DNA of 64,000 nt from Octopus vulgaris (GCA_951406725.2 OX597818.1:97712001-97776000); one strand, 5' to 3'; counted from the stretch's first letter, positions 1 through 11,601 are shown. The notes: generated by a model from the letters alone, not told the origin. A program made the numbers and translations.

Positions 1-43
1 CTGATTTTTGTAGGTGTTCTACTTTCTATGTTTGCTAAAAAAA

Positions 44-96
44 TTATTATTACTATTATTATTATTATTGTTGTTGTTGTCGTCGTCTCCATCGTC

Positions 97-165
<69 letters not shown>
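44..165. repeat. (ATT)n/(GTT)n microsatellite
   Basis: Direct reading; explains the poly-Ile ORF 28..216. Confidence 0.95.
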
Positions 166-587
166 TGTTTTTCTTTTAATTTATTGCAACTAGCTCCTTC
201 GTTGCCATCAAGCTAATGAATCTTCCACGAACCCCGAATGACTCGCCAGCCTTTGATCTTTCTACCAGTGTTATCTCCGCGGCACAGTTTGTGCAAATAT
301 AACACTTTCAGAAGTCACCGTTATGCTCACTGGCGCGACTCTCTTGATCCTCTTCCGATAAAGGATCACGGGGATTACGACCACAATCAAGTTGTAAAAA
401 AGCAATAAGAAAAGACAAAAAAAAAAAAAAAAAACAACCGAAAAACTAAAAAATACTTATCTAATGCGCACAGACGTTAAAACGCATAGATACAGACACA
501 CACTTACACACACAAACACACATTCACATATAAAAGAGAGACTTACAAATACAAATACTCTTACAAACATATCTATATGGATAAACT

Positions 588-616
<29 letters not shown>

Positions 617-619
<3 letters not shown>

Positions 620-706
620 CCCTTTCTATTCCTGAGCGTTATACTAATACATCTGTTTGTTTTGTACACCACCTGTCTTCGTCTTTTGTTTTCTTTCGTA
701 AACTTT

Positions 707-710
<4 letters not shown>
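617..710 (+). mobile_element. Fragment of a (TA)n-embedded repeat, probably Penelope pLTR-derived
   Basis: Near-identical to 20313-20398 (ttcctgagcgtt..actaatacatctgtttgttttgtacaccacctgtct..), which is preceded by a hammerhead-like motif. Confidence 0.55.
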
Positions 711-753
<43 letters not shown>

Positions 754-764
754 TTTTATATATA

Positions 765-1102
765 TTCTTTTATTCTTTTACTTGTTTCAGTCATTTGACT
801 GCAGCCATGCTGGAGCACCGCTTTTACTCGAACAAATCGATCCCAGAACTTATTGTTTGTAAGCCTAGTACTTATTCTATCGGTCTCTTTTTGCAGAACC
901 GCTAAGTGACGGGGACGTAAACACACCGACATCGGTTGTCAAGCAATGGTGGAGGGACAAACACAGACACGAATAACAAATACATACACACACACTTATA
1001 TATATATATGTGTGTGTGTATATATATATATATATATGTCTGTGTGTGTGTGTGTGTGTGTGTATACACAACATATATATATATATGTATATATATATAT
1101 AT

Positions 1103-1152
<50 letters not shown>

Positions 1153-1333
1153 TATATATATATACATATATATATATATGTTGTGTATACACACACACAC
1201 ACATATATATATACGACGGGCTTTGGTCGGCCCAAGGCTATTCTAGAAGACACTTGCCCCAGGTACCATGCCGTGGAACTGAACTCGGAACCATGTGGTT
1301 GGGAAGCAAGCTTATCTCAAGTCACTCCTGCGC
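765..1333 (-). mobile_element. tRNA-derived SINE family A with expanded internal (CA)n/(TA)n
   Basis: Matches about 10 other copies in the window; tRNA-like head, ccttgggcaagtgtctt body, tail ggtgctccagcatggc..gactgaaacaagtaaaagaataaaagaa. Confidence 0.9.
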
Positions 1334-1436
1334 GTGTATATATATATATATGTTTTATCTGTTAAAGTAAAGTTTAAAAATTACCTGTTAAAGGGTAGTT
1401 TTCTCTTGTGTTTAAATGTACACTATATTATATTTG

Positions 1437-1502
<66 letters not shown>

Positions 1503-1691
1503 TATGAATTTAAACTCTAGTATCGAATAGTGAGAGGTGAGTGCTCAGCACCGCATTGGTGGTTAAGTATTCGTTATTTGTAGACTGAAAGACAACCATT
1601 GATGGCATTGTTAATCCACAAATGAAGAATATCATTTTATAAACATACATAAATTATACATTAAATTTGATAAAAAAATATATGTATATAT

Positions 1692-1811
1692 GGTTACAGC
1701 TATATCATGCTGAATACACAGGTTCTCGTCCGATCACCGAAGTTAAGCAACGTCGATTCTAGTGAGTACTTAGATGGGTGACCGCTTGGGGAACCTAAGT
1801 GCTGTAAGCAT
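1692..1811 (+). rRNA. 5S rRNA: 5S rRNA copy, diverged, likely a retropseudogene
   Basis: 120 nt, ggttacagc...ggttctcgtccgatcaccgaagttaagcaacgtc...gatgggtgaccgcttggg...gctgtaagca. Box A and box C recognisable; terminal helix pairs 8/9; several substitutions in helices IV/V. Confidence 0.9.
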
Positions 1812-1818
1812 CTCACAC

Positions 1819-1824
1819 TTTTTT
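1819..1824 (+). terminator. Pol III terminator-like T6 run after the 5S copy
   Basis: tttttt begins 8 nt downstream of the 5S 3' end. Confidence 0.6.
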
Positions 1825-1884
1825 AGGGCGGTGTTCCAGCGTGGCCGCAGTCAATGACTGAAACAAGTAAAAGAATAAAAGAAT
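1825..1884 (+). mobile_element. Isolated SINE-A/LINE 3' tail fused to the 5S copy
   Basis: agggcggtgttccagcgtggccgcagtcaatgactgaaacaagtaaaagaataaaagaat matches the family A tail. Confidence 0.85.
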
Positions 1885-1915
1885 ATATATATATATGTGT
1901 GTGTGTGTATGTATA

Positions 1916-2333
<418 letters not shown>

Positions 2334-3174
2334 GTAAACACACACATACATACAAACACACACACACACACATATAGGTTTCAAATTTTGGCTCAAGGTC
2401 AGGAATTTTGGGACAGGAGTTAGTCAATTACCTCGACCTCGGTACATAGTTGGTACTTATTTTATCGAACACACAACCTTTCGATCGTAGCTCGAATACA
2501 CCAACCACTAAGCAACTCGCCCTCACTTACGTGCAAAAAATATCAAATTGATATATTCTGGTACTTTTTACTCTTTGGTTTAAATTTCAAACTTCTAAAC
2601 TGAACATTTTAACGAAATTTTTCTTTTTAAACCAAAGACGAACGATATGAAATAAAGATGTGGATTTGTGGGCCAAGGAAGAAAAAAAAATGTCTGTGAC
2701 AAGCGAAGTAGACAACCAAGATCAAAATATTGGTTTGGTCGGGAAAACGGAAATAGTGAAGAAAAAATATGGATGTAAAGAAGAAACAAAAGTACAGATG
2801 TACATATATAGATAAGAAACGGCACTAAAATATAAAAAGGATGGAAGAAACAGAAAGTATGAAACGAAGAAGATGCAAAGGGATGTGGAGAGGAGGATTT
2901 TTGAGCTGGAAATTAAAGAACACCTTTTGTCATTAATATTTCAGTAGTCAGTGGAAAGGTTAATAGAATCCTGTGGACAAATGGCGACGCTGAAACATCG
3001 TCCGTTCTATGTGGATGTCCGTCACCCGACGACAATTCGTTAGATGCAAATCAAATTAGATGTTCCTCCAGAAAAAAAGATCACACTTTGGAGGTGTCGT
3101 CAGCCGTGACTTCGTCCCTTGTTTGTCACCCTCCACCACTCTTTCTTTCTCTGTTTACCATTTACTCGCTCAGG

Positions 3175-3221
<47 letters not shown>

Positions 3222-3349
3222 TGTGTGTATGTGTGCATAAATGTGTTCGTATACTTCCTAGTGTGTGTGTACGTATGTAAGTGTCTTTCTACATGTGTGC
3301 ATACGTATGTGCGTGTGCAGGTGTGTGCGTGTCTCTGTATGTATGTATG

Positions 3350-3401
<52 letters not shown>

Positions 3402-3674
3402 TGTGTGTGTATATATATGTATGTGTATAGGTGTGTATATGTATGTATATGTGTAGGTATCTGTCTATATATGTATATATATATGTCTGCATATATTACT
3501 TAAATGTAATACTTACATAATAGATAGAAATATGTATGTATGCCTGTGTATGTGGGTATGCGTGCATGTGTGTGTGTGCGTGTATATATATATATATATA
3601 CATGTATACCTATGTGTTCGTAGGTATATATGTTTATATGTATATAAATATAATATACATGTGTATACAGCATA

Positions 3675-3718
<44 letters not shown>

Positions 3719-4104
3719 CCTAGAACTAGGCGTGTTGGGTCTGTGTGTATGTGTATATACACACACACTCATATACACATATATATGTGTATGTGTTTTT
3801 GTGTGTGCGAACGTCTGTATTTTTTCCCTAATTATGCAGGTCGCGTTAAGAAAGTGGGGAAAGAAGGGCAGGAGTTCACACTGAAGTGAAAGTATGTTTA
3901 AGGTCATTTCAGTAAAATGTTAGGTATTAATTAATCTGCCTTTGCTTTCTAGCACTAAACAGAATTGGACGGAGGTTAAACAGCAGTTTAAACCCAATAC
4001 CACGCATCCATTCTACAGCAAAAATAAATGTTCTGAAATCAATATTAAACAATTCTCGCCGAACATTTCATAAAATTCTCTATATGAAGATACTAAACCA
4101 AATG

Positions 4105-4547
4105 TGATTAAAGACGCTCCAGACATGACCATACCGTCTTCTGTTCATCTAGCATTGCGTCTCGTAAAGTTTGATTTGATAGAGATTCAGTATCTTGCTG
4201 ACAAGTGTAGTTCATTTCAGACTTATAATAAAAGTATGTATCCTGCATTTGATCAAAGACACGCCTTCTTGACCATTCCGTCTGTTATTCAGTTAACTGT
4301 GCATAAAATTGCATAAAATCTCTCATTTGTATTCTTAAAAGTGTGATTTGAAAGAGATTTAGTATCTTGCTGATAGGCATAGTTTATCTTAGAACTTACA
4401 CTTAAAAAAGTGTATCCTACGCCTGATCAAAGATACTCCAGTTGTGACTAAACCGTCTTTTGATGAGCCAGCATTGCGTCTAATCGCTCTTTTCTTTTCT
4501 TTAAATACAATAGAATTTGATTTGAAAGAGATCCAGTATCTTGCCGC
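4105..4547. repeat. Three diverged tandem units of about 145-175 bp
   Basis: Recurring aaaga..ctccag..tgac.a..ccgtct and tgatttga.agagatt.agtatcttgc motifs. Confidence 0.7.
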
Positions 4548-4793
4548 AGCACTGCCTTTAGTCGAGCAAATCGACCCCAGGGCTCATTCTTTGTAAGCCT
4601 AGTACTTATTCTATCGGTCTCTTTTGCCGAACCGCTAAGTTATGGGGACGTAAACACACCAGCATCGGTTGTCAAGCGATGTTGGGGGACAAATACACAC
4701 ATGCACACACACACACACACACATACACACATATATATATATACACATATATACGGCGGGCTTCTTTCAGTTTCCGTCTATCAAATCCACTGA
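4548..4793 (-). mobile_element. SINE family A, partial
   Basis: gcctttagtcgagcaaatcgacccc...cttctttcagtttccgtcta. Confidence 0.85.
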
Positions 4794-4794
4794 C

Positions 4795-4841
<47 letters not shown>

Positions 4842-4871
4842 TGTATGTATGTATGTATGTATGTATGTATG

Positions 4872-4987
4872 TCACTGTTCAGTTTTATTTCAAGATTTCT
4901 TGCCAACAGAGAAAGAGCCGGTTTCTAACCTAGGTTCAAGGCTCCTTCATTGGAATTTCAACATCAACAACAGAGTATTTTTTTTTG
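4872..4987 (-). mobile_element. 3' tail of R4/Dong-like element within (TATG)n
   Basis: Reverse complement matches the 3' end (24735-24803) of the RLE-coding fragment; flanked by (TATG)n on both sides. Confidence 0.7.
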
Positions 4988-5047
4988 TATGCATGTATAT
5001 GTGCAGATTTGTATGTATGTATGCATTATGTATGTATGTATGTATGT

Positions 5048-5280
5048 AAGGCGGCGAGCTGGCAGAATCGTTAGCACGCCGGGCGAAATGCTTAGCGGTA
5101 TTTCGTCTGCCGTTACGTTCTGAGTTCAAATTCCGCCGAGGTCGACTTTGCCTTTCATCCTTTCGGGGTCGATAAATTAAGAACCAGTTTCGCACTGGGG
5201 TCGATGTAATCAACTTAATCCGTTTGTCTGTCCTTGTTTGTCCCCTCTGTGTTTAGCCCCTTGTGGGTAGTAAAGAAATA
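5048..5280 (+). mobile_element. tRNA-derived SINE family B, full length
   Basis: A-box tggcagaatcgttag, B-box gagttcaaattc, central gcctttcatcctttcggggtcgataaa (Meta-domain-like); many copies in the window. Confidence 0.9.
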
Positions 5281-5464
5281 ATGTATGTATGTATGTATGT
5301 ATTCACACGCGCGCGAACACAGACACACACGCACTCGCACACATTATCTATTAATATGGTAACGTATGGTAACGAGTAAATGACATTAGGGTACTGTTAC
5401 TTTGGCAGTAAGGTTTCAATTATATGAATGGTTGTGATGCCATTTGTATTGGAGAGAGAGAGCG

Positions 5465-5503
<39 letters not shown>

Positions 5504-6413
5504 GATAGATAGATAGAGAGGAGTTAATGTTTGTGGTGTCATTATACTTGGATAACGCTCGAAGATATTGGTGTCAATGGTGCCATTGGTATTAGGGGGG
5601 GGGGAGGGGAAGGTAAACACATTGTTTCCGGGATCAAATGTAGCGACGGAGCAGCGTGGCTAAAATGGTTAAAAGATGCTAACGGCAGTTGTGATAGTAG
5701 TGATGAAATTCTTATGAGTTGGGAGTTATGAAGGAGTAGCTGGCTTAACTGCTGATTGTGAAAACACGGGGGAATAGGTTTAAAAAGGACAATAAAAAGT
5801 AAAGAAACTAACAAAAGAACAGAAATAAGGAAAAGAATGAAAGATTGAAGAACTAGAAGGAAAACAAGGCGACTAATAAAAATAAGAGTTCATCCCGTAA
5901 TTTTTGCCTCTATATCACCTTCTGTCACCAACCCGTTAGATGTAGTATCATGCTTATTCTTTGCTAACACGTGACTGAATGATTTTTGGTATGACCAGAA
6001 ATCAAATTATGGTGACACCGCTCGCCACACAGATTAGACTTACATTTTGTTTTTGTATATTACGCCGACATAAATGCGACTTCTGTTAGAACTCGAATTT
6101 AAGCTGATCTTCAGTAGTTTTCTTTTTGGCGTATAACAAAACAAAAACAATCTTTAGTTATGACCTTCCAAATAATTATTGCCTCTTCCAACAAAATTCC
6201 CGAATGCTTACAATAAATTGCGATGTTTTAATTAAATTTATGAGAAAATTAATTAAAATCAAAAAGAAGTTTAAGTAAAACTATCCATTTGTAAATCTAG
6301 TTTCTGTTATTGCTGCTTACTATTAAATATGAACCAGTATAAACATAGTTTATGAGTGGTATCTACGAAGTAAATTCATTGCAGGGTATGTTATTTAATA
6401 CTAAGTTCACTGT

Positions 6414-6931
6414 GGAGACGCAATGGCCCTGTGGTTAAGGCAGTGGAGTCGCAATCGTTGGATCGCGGTTTCGATTCCCAGACCGAGCGTTGTGAGCGTT
6501 TATTGAGCGAAAACACCTAAAGCTCCACAAGGCACTGGCAGTGGGTGGTGGTGAAACCTGCTGTGCACTTTCACTCACTTTTTCTTCCTGCGCAGTGGAC
6601 TCGCAGTCGTAGGATCGCGGTTTCGATTCCCAGACCAGGCGTTATGAGTGTTTATTGAGCGAAAACACATAAAGCTCCACAAGGCACCGGCAGTGGGTGG
6701 TGGTGAAACCTGCTGTACACTTTCACTCACTCTTTCTTCCTGTTTCTGTTGTACCTGTATTTCAAAGGGCCAGCTTGTCACACTCAGTGTCACGCTGAAT
6801 CTCTCCGAGAACTACCTTAAGAGTACACGTGTCTGTGGAGTGCTCAGTCACTTGCACGTTAATTTCACGAGCAGGCTGTTCCATTGAAGGATCAACTGGA
6901 ACCCTCGTCATCGTAACCGACCGAGTGCCAC
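6414..6931 (+). mobile_element. SINE family C (tail type 1) with tandem partial duplication of its 5' half
   Basis: ggagacgcaatggccc.gtggtta head, ggtttcgattccc B-box present twice; matches 41756 and 61866. Confidence 0.9.
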
Positions 6932-7097
6932 GACTACGTGCACTCTTGATCGTGAAGTTAGACAGTGAGTCAAGGGCCGAAAATTTTGAAAACTGCCAAG
7001 GCATCTCGACTCTTGAGTTACTCTTCTGCCAGTTATTCTTTCTTTTTCTTTTGTCCCGTCTGTCTTGATAGACAATGGGTCGCGCCAAGGGTGGGGC

Positions 7098-7340
7098 CTA
7101 CTTTGATGATGAGCAGCGTCTGCTGTGACTGAACAGTCCAATTCTAGAGTGGCAGTCCCTGGTACAGTTGCTGCACACGAACATCGATGGGTACGTGTGG
7201 GGTGTTGCTGCAGTTGTCCTCCTCCTGTCCCGCCTGTCCGACCACAGCTGTGCTCTCCTTTCCTCAGCCATGGAAACGCCTTTCCTCACTGTCCGACGCC
7301 AGGCAGAGCGGTCAGCAGCTGTTACCTCCCACGTGTCCAC
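7098..7340 (-). CDS. RTE ORF part 3: C-terminus with zinc-finger motif
   Basis: AADRSAWR and CSNCTRDCHSRIGLFSHSRRC; the usual segment after WLGHV appears deleted. Confidence 0.8.
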   Translation of the reverse strand: MDTWEVTAADRSAWRRTVRKGVSMAEERRAQLWSDRRDRRRTTAATPHTYPSMFVCSNCTRDCHSRIGLFSHSRRCSSSK

Positions 7341-7357
7341 ACAGATGTTGGCAGTCC

Positions 7358-8173
7358 TCAGACGTGTCCGAGCCAGCGCAGTCGTCTCCGCACAAGGAGG
7401 GCATGCATGCTTGGCATATTAGTCTGTTCTAGGATGACTCCGTTTGGTACTCGGTCCTTCCAGGAGATGCCAAGGATTCGTCGAAGACACCGCATGTGGA
7501 AGCCGCTGAGGCGGCATTCTTGCCGGGTGTATGTTGTCCAGCTCTCGCTGCCGTAGAGTAGGGTGCTCAGCACGCAGGCTCGGTACACTGCGATCTTGGT
7601 GGTTATTGTGAGCATGTTGTTTTCCCACACTCTCCCGAAGAGCTTAGCCATGGCAGCAGCATCCTTCCCAATCCGTCTGTTCAGCTCCGGCTCGAGGGAC
7701 AGGCTGCTGGAGACCGTCGATCCCAGGTAAGTGAACTCGTTCACCACCTGCAAGCTGTGGTCGCCGACACTGATGCTGGGGACCCCTCCGACGCCCTGGC
7801 CCATGATCTCTGTCTTTTTCAGGCCGATGGTAAGGCCGAACTCTTGGCAGGCATCCGCCAGGGAGCTGACCAGCCTCTGGAGACCCGGCTGGTTGTGTGA
7901 TGTTAGGGCGGCATCGTCAGCAAAGAGGATCTCTCTGATCAGCACCTGACGGACTTTGGTCTTAGCTCTGAGGCGCGCAAGATTGAACAATCCACCATCA
8001 GCCCTGGTGTGGAGGAACACTCCGTCGTCGGACGTTCTGAAGGCATAGGACAGGACAAGGGAGAAGAAAATTCCGAAGAGCGTCGGCGCCAGAACGCAAC
8101 CCTGTTTCACTCCACTCTGGATGGGGAACGACTCCGAGGGCGATCCGTCAAACTGCAGTTCCCTGCATACCAT
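7358..8173 (-). CDS. RTE ORF part 2: RT core and thumb
   Basis: GVKQGCVLAPTLF, LFADD, FTYLG, LLYGSESW, LRWLGHV. Confidence 0.92.
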   Translation of the reverse strand: MVCRELQFDGSPSESFPIQSGVKQGCVLAPTLFGIFFSLVLSYAFRTSDDGVFLHTRADGGLFNLARLRAKTKVRQVLIREILFADDAALTSHNQPGLQRLVSSLADACQEFGLTIGLKKTEIMGQGVGGVPSISVGDHSLQVVNEFTYLGSTVSSSLSLEPELNRRIGKDAAAMAKLFGRVWENNMLTITTKIAVYRACVLSTLLYGSESWTTYTRQECRLSGFHMRCLRRILGISWKDRVPNGVILEQTNMPSMHALLVRRRLRWLGHV

Positions 8174-10226
8174 CGTGAAAGGAGGTGATGAGTTTCAGCA
8201 GTCTGGGAGGGCAACCTATCCTACCCAGGAGCGCAAACAGCCCCTCCCTGCTGACTGAGTCGAACGCCTTAGCCAGGTCGATGAAGGCCACGTATAGGGG
8301 CTGTCTCTGTTCTCGACTCTTTTCTTGAAGCTGCCTGAGTGAGATCATGTCGATTGTAGACCTCTCTGCCCTAAAGCCAGACTGAGACTCGGGGTACACA
8401 CGCTCTGCAAGCATTTGCAACCTCTTCAGGACCACCCTGGCAAATGCCTTACCGACAGTGCTGAGCAGTGATATGCCCCTGTAATTATTACAGTCGCTTC
8501 TGTCCCCTTTGTTTTTATACAGTGTGATGATGTTTGCGTCACGCATATCCTTAGGGACAGAGCCCTCCTCCCAGCACTGACAGAGCAGCTCGTGGAGATG
8601 GACCAGAAGGGCTGGCTTCCCGCACTGGATGACTTCTGCGGGGATGCCGTCTTGCCCTGGTGCCTTGCCCCGAGCGAGTGAGTCAATTGCTTTGCTCAGT
8701 TCTTCCTTTGTTGGAGGCAGGTCAAGCTCCTCCATGACAGGCAGAGCAGGAATGCCGGCGAGGGCAGACCTGGTGACCACATTCTCAGTGGAGTAGAGGT
8801 CCTGGTAATGCTCGACCCACCTCTCCATCTGCTTCGCTTGGTCCTTGATGACCTCGCCATCCCTGGACTTCAGTGGAGCAACCTTGCTGACAGTGGGCCC
8901 GAATGCTTTCTTCATCCCCTCGTACATCCCTTTCACGTTACCACTGTCAGCACAGCACTGGATGTTCTGGCATAAGTTCTGCCAGTAGATGTTGGTGCAA
9001 CGTCTGGCCGTCCTCTGGACGTCGCTTCTGGCTGTTCTCAGAGTAGCCAGGTTCTTTTCTGATGGGTCGCGCTTATAGTTGACCAGTGCTTCCCTCTTGG
9101 CAGCAATGACAGGCTCCATCTCAAGCAGGTGAGCTTCAAACCAGTCTTGATTTCTCCGCTCCCTCTTTCCTAGGGATGACATGGCTATTCTGCAAGTGGT
9201 GTCGCGAATAAGCTGCCATCTCTCCTCGATGGACGTGGCTGCGTGATCTTTAAGGGCCTCCTCCATGCGGTTGGTGAATTCTGAGCGGAGGTCGGGGTTG
9301 GTTGTCCTGGCGGTGTTGATGCGTGGGCGGCTTTTCCCTACGGGACGGCGGATTTTCTTTGAGGCCAATCGGACCCTGCTGCACACCAGAGAGTGGTCTG
9401 TATCACAGTCAGCACCATGGTAGCTGCGTGTGAGAAGCACACTGCCGAGGTGGGCTCGCCGGGTGATGACCATGTCCAGTTGGTGCCAGTGTCCGGACCT
9501 TGGGTGCCTCCATGAGACCTGGTGTTGTGGCTTAGCCATGAAGAATGTGTTGGTAACGCAGAGTTTCCGGTAAGAGCAAAGCTCCAACAGTCTCTGGCCA
9601 TTCTCATTCATCTTCCCCACGCCAAAGCGTCCAAGGCAATCTGGCCATGCCCCATGATCGGATCCCACCCTTGCGTTGAAGTCGCCCAGAAGGAAGATGG
9701 GCTCCGACCCTGGTATCTGGCTGATGGTGGCGTCGAGCTCCTCATAGAACCGGTCTTTTATTTCCTGAGGAGAGTGGAGTGTTGGGGCATAAGCACTAAT
9801 TATGTTTACCTTCCCCGTTGATGTTGCAAGGCCAAGAGTGAGGATGCGCTCTGAGCCATTTGAAGGAGGGATCGCCATGGGGAGCAAGCTGTTCCTCACG
9901 GCAAACCCCACGCCATGCTGGCGGACCTCCTCGACGGGTCTCCCCTGCCAGTAGAAGGTGTAGTCCTCCCGTAGCATGCCGTCTGCGGCGAGCCTGGTCT
10001 CTTGCAGCGCCGCTATGTCGATGTTCAGCCTTTTCAATTCGGTGTTGATGACTACTGTCTTCCTACTGTCGTTCATCTGTCGTAGATCGTCAATGATGCC
10101 AGGGCACATGGTCCTGACATTCCAGGTGGCCAGTCGCAAGACTGGTGACTGGGTATTTGTTTTTCCTTTGTTTGCTGGTGCAGGGTTTTCAGTCTGCTTT
10201 TCAGATTTTGTCCTAGCTCCAAGCAC
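8148..10226 (-). CDS. RTE ORF part 1: APE endonuclease and N-terminal RT
   Basis: LATWNVRT, IAALQETR, LGDFNARVG, DTDHSLV, KAPGQDG, NYRGISLL, QSGFR, FIDLAKAFDSV; frameshift near 8160. Confidence 0.92.
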   Translation of the reverse strand: MLGARTKSEKQTENPAPANKGKTNTQSPVLRLATWNVRTMCPGIIDDLRQMNDSRKTVVINTELKRLNIDIAALQETRLAADGMLREDYTFYWQGRPVEEVRQHGVGFAVRNSLLPMAIPPSNGSERILTLGLATSTGKVNIISAYAPTLHSPQEIKDRFYEELDATISQIPGSEPIFLLGDFNARVGSDHGAWPDCLGRFGVGKMNENGQRLLELCSYRKLCVTNTFFMAKPQHQVSWRHPRSGHWHQLDMVITRRAHLGSVLLTRSYHGADCDTDHSLVCSRVRLASKKIRRPVGKSRPRINTARTTNPDLRSEFTNRMEEALKDHAATSIEERWQLIRDTTCRIAMSSLGKRERRNQDWFEAHLLEMEPVIAAKREALVNYKRDPSEKNLATLRTARSDVQRTARRCTNIYWQNLCQNIQCCADSGNVKGMYEGMKKAFGPTVSKVAPLKSRDGEVIKDQAKQMERWVEHYQDLYSTENVVTRSALAGIPALPVMEELDLPPTKEELSKAIDSLARGKAPGQDGIPAEVIQCGKPALLVHLHELLCQCWEEGSVPKDMRDANIITLYKNKGDRSDCNNYRGISLLSTVGKAFARVVLKRLQMLAERVYPESQSGFRAERSTIDMISLRQLQEKSREQRQPLYVAFIDLAKAFDSVSREGLFALLGRIGCPPRLLKLITSFHDGMQGTAV

Positions 10227-10435
10227 CCATTGAAGCGGGCAGTCTGTGGAGGGTCAGCACCATTATTGGCCGGGGGCTGCCCAGCTTAAGGCGGGCGGTA
10301 GCTGAACCAGTTATTAATAATTATATATAATTATGCCAGTTATTAATAATTATATATATATACTTATCCTTGAGTTCTATCTTCCTGTTAGTATTAGAAA
10401 ACACACACACACACACACATTGCATACGCTGGAAG

Positions 10436-10712
10436 ACCTTCTTCTACAATTTGGCATTCAAGGGCCCACAGCTATTTAACACTTTGCCAAAACAACTGAA
10501 GGATCTTCATGGAGTGGGGTTGGATGTTTTTAAAGAAACATCTTCACCTCCTGCTATCCAAAGTCTCAGATAAACCAGTAACAAGACAGCAGACTGAAAA
10601 GAGGGCAGCAATGTTGAATTCCTGCCTTCACCAAAAGCCAGTCACATAGGATGATTACATTGGCGGTGCCCCGGCATGGCCACAACCTTAGGGCTGAAAT
10701 ATAAGAAAGAAT
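10436..10712 (+). mobile_element. 3' end of a decayed CR1/L2-group LINE
   Basis: NLAFKGPQLFNTLPKQLKDLHGVGLDVFK resembles the C-terminus of CR1/L2-group ORF2; followed by tail ggcggtgccccggcatggccaca..ctgaaa. Confidence 0.7.
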
Positions 10713-10961
10713 ACACATATACACATACACACACATATATATATAGAGAGAGACAAAGACAGAGAGAGAAAGAGAGAGGGGAAGAAAGAGTGGAGGAGAT
10801 AGGGAAGCTGAGAAAAGGAGAGAAAGACAGAAAGATAGATGAATTAGACAACTAGCTAAATAAATAGACAAATTAGTGAAGTAAAAGACACATAGCTAGA
10901 ATATGATTGAGGAAAAGGAAAAGGGAAAGTGATAGAAACAAAGGAGATAGATATGGACAGA

Positions 10962-11012
<51 letters not shown>

Positions 11013-11379
11013 ATGAGGGAAAGAGAAAGAATGAGCAAAAACAGCAGCCATTGTATAAGATTCGTTGAAATATTCCTGTGAGGAATGTAAAAAGAAAAAT
11101 ATAAAAAAAAAATCAACGGAAATACCGGGATGAAATGATCAATAAGTTACATAACGTAGATTAGGTTAAAAATACATAAAAAAAATAAAAGTGTAAATAA
11201 ATGAATGAACCAATAATTATAAGGATTTTAACTAAACCATGTGTATAGTTTAATAACAAATTTCTGCAAATATTATAGAATATATTAAACTTAATTTGGA
11301 AATGTGTAAAGATTGTTAGAAAGTTAAAGGACAGGAGAGGCGGAAGAAAGGGCGCAGCATGAGCGAGAAATAATCAAGC

Positions 11380-11418
<39 letters not shown>

Positions 11419-11423
11419 TAATC

Positions 11424-11601
11424 CTTTCTACTATAGGCACAAGGCCTGAAATTTGGGAGAGGGGGCAGTCGGTTACATCGATCCCAGTGATTCACTGGTA
11501 CTTAATTTATCGTCCTCGACGGAATTTGAACTCAGAACGTATTGGCAGACGAAATACCGCTATTTCGCCCGGCGTGCTAACAATTCTGCCAGCTCGCCGC
11601 C

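Larger units (their letters stand above)
7038..10306 (-). mobile_element. RTE-clade LINE, near full length, frameshifted
   Basis: APE and RT motifs in order, short 3' UTR with A-rich tail, tgccagttatt duplicated at 7027-7037 and 10334-10344; much more GC-rich than the flanks. Confidence 0.95.

Noticed and set aside
200-390. CpG-containing unique patch
   Set aside because: No ORF, splice pair or RNA motif I can support.
4105-4547. CRISPR-like repeat-spacer appearance
   Set aside because: Units are long and diverged throughout, there are no cas genes, and the context is eukaryotic.
7125-10233. Plus-strand and alternate-frame ORFs over the RTE
   Set aside because: Shadows of a GC-rich coding sequence.
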